Shown here piece after piece: positions 56,680-64,000 of a stretch of DNA of 64,000 nucleotides (its first letter is position 1; the number at the start of each line of letters is the position of its first letter). The position numbers and the translations under genes are program-made. The DNA is from Candidatus Zixiibacteriota bacterium (GTDB lineage Bacteria > Zixibacteria > MSB-5A5 > GN15 > JAAZOE01), in assembly GCA_043819555.1 (NCBI GenBank), contig JBDREQ010000073.1, positions 160,001 through 224,000 of the forward strand. Direction: 5' to 3'. The notes beneath the pieces were generated by a model. It did no database searches and was not told where the DNA came from. It saw only the letters and a list, made by a program, of their open reading frames with translations.

Positions 56680-59600
56680 ATGCGATATGTAATTTACATT
56701 TTTGCCCTAATTATCCTTGCCCTATCATTTGTCACTTCAGTCACCGCGCAGGATGAAAAGCGTACCGTACTTTTTGATGAGTTTGATTTTCTCGATATGA
56801 AAACCACGGATAGCGGTATTGTCTGGTATGGTTGGGGACGGGGATGGTTCCGCATCGATTCTACCTGGATTTATTCCGATTCGGTCGTCTGGCTCCAGGA
56901 CAAAAACATTATTCACTTTTTTGGAGGGGTTGAAGCTTATGATTCGACTCAGCATGTCTGGGCTGAGAAAATTAGTTACTACCATGCCGATTCGGTCTTA
57001 ATCGCCTATGGTAATGCGATTTTAATACATAATATCGATTCAGTTCGCGCCGAAGCGCAATATATCGAGTATGACGTAGCCAATAAAATTATCGTATTGG
57101 AAAATGATCCATGGCTCTATTTGAATTACCCTGATTATAAAAACCTTGTGACAATCAGCGCGAAATATTTGACATTTTTTAGAGATGAGCAGATCGGTAT
57201 GGCCGAGGAAAACGTCCGGATCGATCATTCGGGAACCAAGGCCATTTGCGGATGCGCCGAGTTTTACAAAGAAGCCAATTTGTTATCTTTGATGGATGAG
57301 CCGGTCGCGACCCGAGATTCATCGACCATTACCGGAAATTATATGAATATAATATTTAAATCACAGACGGTTGGCAGAATTGAAGTCAATGACAGCGCCA
57401 TTGCGTATTTTGTCGAACAGTCGGATTCAACCACCGGTGAATTTTCTGGCGAGTCAACCTTAACCGGCAAAGACATTACGTTTTTCTTCAAAGATAATGA
57501 TGTTAGGAAAATTGTTGCAAGCGGGGCAGCCCGTTCGGAGTATCTGCCTTCGCCGGAGGATACAACCGGAACGGGGAAAAATTATGTCTCAGGGGATTCA
57601 ATTTTTATTTACATAAAAGATAGAGTGATCACGAAGGCGGAGGTGAGGGGAGGCGCAGAAGGTATATATATAACCGAAAGTGAACCTGCCCCGATAGATT
57701 CGCTGAATGATTCGGTGATAGCGTTGGGCGATACGCTTTCAAAACATCCCTGCGACACCTGCTATACCTTATTGACAACTGAAGATAGCTTTATTAATCG
57801 AAATTCTGATGACACTCTGATTTTAGATGATAGCATGAAGATATCATCAGAATATTTAGTCGCCGAAGATTCAATTCATTATCAGGGCGCCTTTCTGGAG
57901 TTTTTCTCCAAAGAAAGAATCCTTGGAGTAACCACCGATGCCATGGTTAGACAGGGTTCGGTTTTATTGACAGCCGATAAGATCAATTATAATATCCCCG
58001 ATCATATTATCACGGCAAATGCATTGGTCAATTCCGATGACAGCATACCGACGATCGTACCGCTGTCATTAAAAGACGGAAGTGAAGAGATTTTTGGATC
58101 CAGACTGGTATTTAATGCTGATACTAAAAAAGGTTTAATCGAAAACTCCAATACCCGTTTTGAGAGAACTCAATATCATGGCGAAGACCTATATAAAGAA
58201 GATGAAAAGATATTTTATGTGGAAAATAGCGTACTGATTCCGTGCGAAAAGGAAAACGCTCATTTCCATTTTCACTCAAAAAAAATGAAAATAATCCAGG
58301 ATGACCGTGTAATCGCCCGGCCGGTACGATTGTACCTTTATAAACTCCCGGTAGCATATATCCCATATTATGTTTTCCCTCTAAAGCGGGGACGCCATTC
58401 CGGGATGTTACCGATACGCCTTGGAAATTTCGAGCAGGGAAATAGATTTATCGGAAATATCGGATATTACTGGGCCGCCTCGGAGTATTGGGATATTGAA
58501 AGTTCCCTTGACTTCTTTGAAAATATCGGCATTACCCTTAATGGATTATTCCGATATAATAAGCGCTACGAGTATTCCGGTTATGTGCGGGGTAACTTCT
58601 CACGTGAAAGCCGGGAATTGGCTTTCAATGAACAACGAAGCCGCCGCTGGTCGTTGAGCGGAAGCCATTCGCAAACTCTGCCGTATGAAATTAAATTTGG
58701 CGCCTCCGGTACTTTTGTTTCCGATGAAAGTTATTATAGCGATTATTCAACCAATCCCGATGAACGGCGCAATCGAAATATTCGATCGCAGGCCAATTTC
58801 AATAAGAGCTTTGGCGGTTCGTCTTTGTCCCTCTCCTTTAATCATCAGGATAATCTTGATTCCGATTCTCGTTCAAGTAATCTGCCCAGTGGAAGGTTTT
58901 CCGTTTCGTCCTTTCAACCCTTCGGCAGTGGCAGAGAAGAAGAAGGACAGACAATAAAAAATTGGTACAATTACCTGCGACTGAGCTATTCCAATAATTT
59001 TGGGTATTTTTCAAGTGCCAGAACTCTGCATAATGCCGTGATCGATACGACAATTATTGGTGTCGATAGTTTGATTCTTTCCAGTCGGGATTCGACATCC
59101 AAAACTATCAAGAAATATTCTTTTATTGACCACTCAATGTCGCTAACGGCTTCGCAGAAGTTATTTGAATATATATCTATAAGTCCGCGGGTTAGTTTTC
59201 AGGAAACGTGGTATTTTATCCCGGAAACTGATCAGGCTCATGATGCGGGAATTCCAGCTAATCGTTCGTATCGCCGTGGAGCGATTTCGGCCGGGATATC
59301 GAGCAATACCAATCTGTACGGCACTTTTCCGATTAACCTGTTCGGTCTTCAAGCTCTGCGGCATGTCATGACTCCTTCGATTGGCTTCAATTGGGCGCCA
59401 TTTATAAATAAAAACAATCCCGTGAAGAACTTTGTTGGCAGGGGAGGCGGGGGAGGGCGTCAGATGGCAATGAGTATGACTCTTACGAATTTGATTCAAG
59501 CAAAGATTAAACAGGGAGAAAAAGAGAATAAACTGGATTTATTGCGGGTCTCGTCATCGACAAGTTATAACTTTGAATCATTCGGGAAAAAATTCTCGGA

Positions 59601-60225
59601 TTTGCAAACTGGCATCTCGTCATCAATATTGCGTAAAATTAATCTCAGTGGCAACCTGACTCATGACATGTATGATAAAAACGATAAACTGATTTGGTGG
59701 CGTCCAAGACTCAAAACTTTTTCGCTGAATACGTCATTTCAGGCAAGAGGTTCTGTATCTGATGATTATACGAGAAGTGGCCTGTCTTCTGAGCAGAATT
59801 ATGACGAGGAAGAGCAATACGATACTTCTTCTGCTGTCCCCCCGCCTTATATGCCTGGAGAATCGAGAGAAACTCAAACCGGTTCGACGGTATCATGGAA
59901 TATGAATTTTTCACATAATTACACGGAATCCAGATCCGTAGCGGGAATAGTTTCAAAAACCCACTGGGCCCAGCTTACATTTAATTTGAATGTGACTAAA
60001 AACTGGAAAATAAAATATTCTCAAAGATATGATTTTGTCAAACACCAGACGATTGATAAAATAATCGATATAAATCGAGGTCTGAATTGTTGGGAAGGAC
60101 ATTTTTATTGGATACCAAACGGTTCTCGCCAGGGATTTTATTTCAAATTATTTTTACTTGCCATTCCCGACATCAAAGTTGAAAAATCAGAATCAGGGTT
60201 GCGTGGAGCCTTGTTTAATCGGTAG
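56680..60225 (+). CDS. lptD: LPS assembly protein LptD with extended OstA-like N-terminal region
   Basis: Repeated beta-jellyroll segments, R.SG.L.......G, GYYWA.SEY.D, RHVMTP, C-terminal LNCWEG.F.W.P.G...G.YF......IPDIK. Confidence 0.85.
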   Translation: MRYVIYIFALIILALSFVTSVTAQDEKRTVLFDEFDFLDMKTTDSGIVWYGWGRGWFRIDSTWIYSDSVVWLQDKNIIHFFGGVEAYDSTQHVWAEKISYYHADSVLIAYGNAILIHNIDSVRAEAQYIEYDVANKIIVLENDPWLYLNYPDYKNLVTISAKYLTFFRDEQIGMAEENVRIDHSGTKAICGCAEFYKEANLLSLMDEPVATRDSSTITGNYMNIIFKSQTVGRIEVNDSAIAYFVEQSDSTTGEFSGESTLTGKDITFFFKDNDVRKIVASGAARSEYLPSPEDTTGTGKNYVSGDSIFIYIKDRVITKAEVRGGAEGIYITESEPAPIDSLNDSVIALGDTLSKHPCDTCYTLLTTEDSFINRNSDDTLILDDSMKISSEYLVAEDSIHYQGAFLEFFSKERILGVTTDAMVRQGSVLLTADKINYNIPDHIITANALVNSDDSIPTIVPLSLKDGSEEIFGSRLVFNADTKKGLIENSNTRFERTQYHGEDLYKEDEKIFYVENSVLIPCEKENAHFHFHSKKMKIIQDDRVIARPVRLYLYKLPVAYIPYYVFPLKRGRHSGMLPIRLGNFEQGNRFIGNIGYYWAASEYWDIESSLDFFENIGITLNGLFRYNKRYEYSGYVRGNFSRESRELAFNEQRSRRWSLSGSHSQTLPYEIKFGASGTFVSDESYYSDYSTNPDERRNRNIRSQANFNKSFGGSSLSLSFNHQDNLDSDSRSSNLPSGRFSVSSFQPFGSGREEEGQTIKNWYNYLRLSYSNNFGYFSSARTLHNAVIDTTIIGVDSLILSSRDSTSKTIKKYSFIDHSMSLTASQKLFEYISISPRVSFQETWYFIPETDQAHDAGIPANRSYRRGAISAGISSNTNLYGTFPINLFGLQALRHVMTPSIGFNWAPFINKNNPVKNFVGRGGGGGRQMAMSMTLTNLIQAKIKQGEKENKLDLLRVSSSTSYNFESFGKKFSDLQTGISSSILRKINLSGNLTHDMYDKNDKLIWWRPRLKTFSLNTSFQARGSVSDDYTRSGLSSEQNYDEEEQYDTSSAVPPPYMPGESRETQTGSTVSWNMNFSHNYTESRSVAGIVSKTHWAQLTFNLNVTKNWKIKYSQRYDFVKHQTIDKIIDINRGLNCWEGHFYWIPNGSRQGFYFKLFLLAIPDIKVEKSESGLRGALFNR

Positions 60226-60332
60226 TTCCGGATAACTATGCCATTTTAGCCAGTAATTTCAAGCGCTTTTGGACGGATATACGCTAAAAGCCCATTTTTC
60301 GGGCTTATTTTGCTATTCTATACTTTTTTTAT

Positions 60333-60362
60333 TTGACAAAGTTTTTAAAAATCAAGTAGATT
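60333..60362 (+). promoter_or_regulatory. sigma70 promoter of HU gene
   Basis: TTGACA-N18-TAGATT. Confidence 0.5.
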
Positions 60363-60412
60363 CTTCTCGCATAGTAGAATTGATATAACCATTAACCATG
60401 GAGGTTTTAATA

Positions 60413-60688
60413 ATGACAAGGGATGAATTAATCACAAAAATGGCGAAAGATGCCGGTATTTCAAAGCGTGCAGCAACCGATGCTTTGAAATGTCTCATTG
60501 GCTCAGTCACGACAGCTTTGAAGAAAGGCCAAAAGATGAGTTTCGTTGGATTTGGAACATTTTGCACATCCAGGAGAAAAGCTCGTACCGGCCGTAATCC
60601 TCAAACGGGTGCGTCAATTAAGATTCCGGCCGCAAGAGTACCGAAATTTAAAGCCGGAAAATCTCTCCGCGAAGCCGTTAAGAAGTAA
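60413..60688 (+). CDS. hup: DNA-binding protein HU
   Basis: MTRDELI, VGFGTF...RKARTGRNPQTG..IKIPA..VPKFKAGK.LR.AV; GGAGG RBS. Confidence 0.97.
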   Translation: MTRDELITKMAKDAGISKRAATDALKCLIGSVTTALKKGQKMSFVGFGTFCTSRRKARTGRNPQTGASIKIPAARVPKFKAGKSLREAVKK

Positions 60689-60708
60689 CTTTAGTAATAT
60701 TTCCTGAC

Positions 60709-60738
60709 AGGCAGAGTGAATATCACTCTGCCTTTTTT
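60709..60738 (+). terminator. intrinsic terminator
   Basis: AGGCAGAGTGA-ATA-TCACTCTGCCT then T tract. Confidence 0.88.
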
Positions 60739-60783
60739 GTTGACCGGCACAGGATTCTATTATTACCCTTAAACTGGATTGAA

Positions 60784-63075
60784 ATGAAAGAGAAAACCAA
60801 ATTACAGATAATCGGGATACTTTTGGCGGCCTTTACGATTATGTCGCTTATAAGCCTGGTCGGCCATAACAATCCAGATGATATGATGATTATCTCTGAT
60901 GAAGCCGTCTACGGGAATCCTTTTACGCTGGCCTACGCTAATTTGGGCGGCATGATGGGGGCATATTTTAGTTACGCTGCCTTTTTCTTTATGGGTTGGG
61001 GGGCGTATTTCGGATTGATTTTCCTCCTTGTATTATCTTTTAAGCTAATCGGATTTGATATCGCAAGACGATTTCTTAAACATGCTGGAATCTTGTGGGC
61101 CGCAATGACACTTATACTAATAATCAGTGATGTCGAAAAAGTATCTGATAAGATTTTTGCCGTGACTTACCCTGACGGAATCGGTGCTCTGGGGCATACT
61201 CTTATTGAAGGAATGATTTATATAGTTGGCATTCCCGGGGCCTATATTATTAGTTTCGCCACTCTTATCTGCGTCTTCGTTTATTATGGGTATATTTCTC
61301 ATAAATTCCGAAATCTGGTGACGATTATGAGAGCCGAATCGATCAGAAGAATCCAGCAGGGCTGGCAGATTGCTCTTGAAAAATTGGAAAAAATAAAATC
61401 AACATCCAATTTTAATAAATTGTTTATGCGGGAATCAATTAACAAAACCAGAAAAAGGAAAAAATCTCAGAAGCAACTAATTGAGGAGAAAGAAGAACAA
61501 ACGCAGGTTGTCGATCAGATTATTACTGATCATTTATCTGCGACTAATAAGCAGATAATTCATAAAAAGAAGGTCACTCTGCCGGGAAATAGCGAAGCGG
61601 TCACCGAACAGGTGGAAATGGATTCTGCAACGACTAACGATTTTATTATGCCTCCAATCGACCTGCTCAGGGAAAATCCGGATAAAGCTATTGAATTTGA
61701 TACCAAAGAATTGGAAAATACCGCTAAGGCCCTGCGGGAGACCCTGGAGACATTTGGAGTTCGATTAAGCGGCAATATTGAGATGTTTCCAGGCCCGATA
61801 ATTACCCGTTTTGAAATCAGACCGGCGGCAGGGATAAAAGTTAGCCAGATATCCAATCTATCCGAAGATTTGGCCCTGAACCTCAAGGCCAGATCAATAC
61901 GCATTGTCGCGCCAATACCAGGCAAGGGAGCCGTTGGGATTGAGATCCCGAATCGCAATCCCCAAATCGTATATCTTCGCGATATTATTGAATCCGATAA
62001 ATTTCAGGAAAATAAATATAATTTACCATTGGCATTGGGAAAGGATATTTCGGGAAATCCTTTTGTCGTTGATTTAACAACAATGCCTCATCTTTTGATT
62101 GCGGGGACAACAGGTTCCGGAAAATCTGTGTGCATCAATGTCATAATAACATCACTGATGTATTCGCTGCCTCCTGAGGATCTTAGATTTATCTTTATCG
62201 ATCCCAAAATGCTGGAATTGACGGTTTATAAGGATATCCCTTATCTTGACGAAAAAGTTGTCACCAATTCCAAACAGGCTGAAAGAGTACTAAACGATGT
62301 CGTAATGGAAATGGAGCATCGCTACCGCACGCTGGCCAATGAATCGGTGAGGAATATCGTTGATTACAACGCCAAAAGAAAGCCGGGAAATAAAAAGCTG
62401 CCCTATATCGTGATAGTCATTGATGAATTGGCCGATTTGATGATGTCGACGCATTCTTCCAGAGTCGAACTGCTTTTGACCCGCCTGGCTCAAATGGCAC
62501 GGGCAGTGGGAATTCATTTAATTCTGGCAACGCAAAGACCTTCAGTTGATGTTATTACCGGACTTATTAAAGCTAATTTTCCTTCCCGGGTAGCTTTTCA
62601 GGTAGCCACTCGTATCGATTCCCGCACAATTCTTGATGGGAATGGAGCTGAACGTCTTTTGGGAAACGGAGATATGCTTTACCTCGAAACCGGATCGCCG
62701 GAACCGGAAAGACTGCATGGCCCTTATATTACCTCGGATGAAACCGAATGCCTGGTAACATTTATAAAGCAACAGCCTTATAGTAAAGTAAAGCAAGAAG
62801 CATCGGAAACAGTTGCCGAAGAAAAAACACAAGTCCGTCAACTTAATGACCCGGTCATGATGGAGGCGGTCGAAACGGTTATCGGTCAGGGGCAGGCCTC
62901 CGTTTCTTTATTGCAGCGTAAGCTTGGAATCGGCTATCAGCGTGCCGCCCGGTTGATTGACGAGCTGGAAGAAATGAAGATTATCGGCCCATATAATGAA
63001 TCAAAAGCCAGGGATGTTCTCGTTGACAAAGCATTCCTGGAAAACATAAAGAACGGTAAATATTCCAAAACATAA
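60784..63075 (+). CDS. ftsK: DNA translocase FtsK
   Basis: N-terminal 4TM, GPIITRFE, PGKGAVGIEIPN, PHLLIAGTTGSGKS, DELADLMM, ATQRPSVDV, gamma domain LQRKL.IGY.RAARL. Confidence 0.97.
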   Translation: MKEKTKLQIIGILLAAFTIMSLISLVGHNNPDDMMIISDEAVYGNPFTLAYANLGGMMGAYFSYAAFFFMGWGAYFGLIFLLVLSFKLIGFDIARRFLKHAGILWAAMTLILIISDVEKVSDKIFAVTYPDGIGALGHTLIEGMIYIVGIPGAYIISFATLICVFVYYGYISHKFRNLVTIMRAESIRRIQQGWQIALEKLEKIKSTSNFNKLFMRESINKTRKRKKSQKQLIEEKEEQTQVVDQIITDHLSATNKQIIHKKKVTLPGNSEAVTEQVEMDSATTNDFIMPPIDLLRENPDKAIEFDTKELENTAKALRETLETFGVRLSGNIEMFPGPIITRFEIRPAAGIKVSQISNLSEDLALNLKARSIRIVAPIPGKGAVGIEIPNRNPQIVYLRDIIESDKFQENKYNLPLALGKDISGNPFVVDLTTMPHLLIAGTTGSGKSVCINVIITSLMYSLPPEDLRFIFIDPKMLELTVYKDIPYLDEKVVTNSKQAERVLNDVVMEMEHRYRTLANESVRNIVDYNAKRKPGNKKLPYIVIVIDELADLMMSTHSSRVELLLTRLAQMARAVGIHLILATQRPSVDVITGLIKANFPSRVAFQVATRIDSRTILDGNGAERLLGNGDMLYLETGSPEPERLHGPYITSDETECLVTFIKQQPYSKVKQEASETVAEEKTQVRQLNDPVMMEAVETVIGQGQASVSLLQRKLGIGYQRAARLIDELEEMKIIGPYNESKARDVLVDKAFLENIKNGKYSKT

Positions 63076-63101
63076 TTCGTATTTTTATTGTATAACATTT
63101 T

Positions 63102-63719
63102 ATGATACGGCAAATTTCAAATATAATCATATTATTGATCGTGGCGTTTAATGCTTTTGCCTTTGCCGAATGCCCCATATTTGATAAGGCTATGGATTAC
63201 TATCAATCGCACGAATATTATTCTATGGAATATTCTCAGTTAATCTATTCTGATATTTTTAAAAGTGTTGATACCCTGACCGGGACTATAAAAGCCTGTT
63301 CCGACGGCCGTTTTAGCCTGACAATGCCCAGGCAGATTTTAGTCTCCAATGGAACAATATTATGGAATTACGCGATTGACAACGAGCAGGTCATAATCGA
63401 TTCAATCTCCCGTAAAGATATCTGGAATCCGATTATGCTTTTTTTTAATCCCCGCAGTTATTATAAATGCAGTCTCGAAAACAACGATGGCAAAACTGCC
63501 CAGGTGTCAATGATTTCCCATGACAGCTTGATAGCGCCAAACGAATTTCAAATTAAATTCAGACTCGATGATTTTATCCCTCTTGAGATTTTCTATCTGG
63601 ATGAAAATGATTCACGCATTGAAATTTATATCACTGATTTTATATTTATATCAAATCTTTCTGATTCGGTTTTCAATTTCATTCCTCCGGCAGGAATCGA
63701 AGTGATCGAAATGCCATGA
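63102..63719 (+). CDS. lolA: outer-membrane lipoprotein carrier LolA
   Basis: Signal peptide, Q.LVSNG..LW.Y....EQV, F.F.PP.G.EVI; position after ftsK. Confidence 0.82.
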   Translation: MIRQISNIIILLIVAFNAFAFAECPIFDKAMDYYQSHEYYSMEYSQLIYSDIFKSVDTLTGTIKACSDGRFSLTMPRQILVSNGTILWNYAIDNEQVIIDSISRKDIWNPIMLFFNPRSYYKCSLENNDGKTAQVSMISHDSLIAPNEFQIKFRLDDFIPLEIFYLDENDSRIEIYITDFIFISNLSDSVFNFIPPAGIEVIEMP

Positions 63720-64000
63720 AACGCTATTATATCCATAAATTAGGATGCCCCAAAAATGACGTTGATGCCGAATATCTATCTGGCTATTTAGGAAATCTTG
63801 GTTTTCAAAAAACCGACGACGCCGATGACGCCGATTACATAATCGTCAATACTTGCGCGTTTATTCGGGATGCGAAAGAAGAATCAATTGATTCCATTTT
63901 GCATTTGATTAAAATAAAAGATCGCAAAAAGGATTCCCGCGTAATCGTTACGGGATGCCTGGCGCAAAGATATTCACATGATTTGGTCAAAGACATTCCC
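63716..64000 (+). CDS. rimO: ribosomal protein S12 methylthiotransferase RimO, 5' part (truncated by window edge; absent from ORF track)
   Basis: MKRYYIHKLGCPKNDVDAE...ADYIIVNTCAFI.DAKEESID.I...VIVTGCLAQRY; ATGA overlap with lolA. Confidence 0.92.
   Translation, partial: MKRYYIHKLGCPKNDVDAEYLSGYLGNLGFQKTDDADDADYIIVNTCAFIRDAKEESIDSILHLIKIKDRKKDSRVIVTGCLAQRYSHDLVKDIP

Noticed and set aside
60744..60760. CGGCAC-AGGAT-TCTA upstream of ftsK as sigma54 promoter
   Set aside because: Lacks the -12 GC; more likely part of a TTGACC sigma70 promoter region
1..64000. rRNA, tRNA (including selC), transposases, integrases, prophage genes
   Set aside because: No cloverleaf with a T-loop motif, rRNA signature or mobile-element ORF was recognised by eye; a covariance search was not run

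Overview
A 64 kb, AT-rich, gene-dense chromosomal window from a diderm bacterium. The C-terminal dockerin type (GDANxDGxxNVGDAVYII..FKGGPxP), GWxTD proteins, large LptD and FlgD/T9SS-like tails suggest candidate phylum Zixibacteria or a relative (inference only). Contents in order: an MSHA/type IV pilus-like operon (1-6598); a BamA/TamA-family barrel; three secreted peptidases (two with dockerins, one M6 with a FlgD/CTD tail); a sigma54-type operon (repeat lipoprotein, FadL/PorV-like barrel, M6 protease); a WYL regulator; M32 carboxypeptidase; a cysteine-synthase/CBS gene coupled to a DUF1573 gene; hppA; a Yip1-TolC-MacA-MacB-type operon followed by two GWxTD genes; lexA-small ORF-dinB; an aminotransferase, dapF-like gene and MFS; argS-aroA-aroE-aroK-aroB-aroQ; MATE, FAH, alaX, lptD, HU, ftsK, lolA and partial rimO. 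The main hidden signals, all missed by the ORF track, are these. (1) Two adjacent genes are split by in-frame TGA codons at conserved Cys positions, each followed by a hairpin: a HesB/IscA-like selenoprotein (39439-39798) and an exported DUF1573 UxC selenoprotein (39955-40695), whose Cys paralogue lies in the same window. (2) Four sigma28/FliA-like promoters (T[A/C]AA-N15-nCCGAT[A/G]A) link pilB, the major pilin, a TPR protein and the DUF1573 selenoprotein. (3) There are ECF-, sigma54-, Rex- and LexA-like sites and a candidate sRNA. (4) The DapF homologue has both catalytic Cys replaced by Ser. No rRNA, tRNA, CRISPR array or mobile element was seen.
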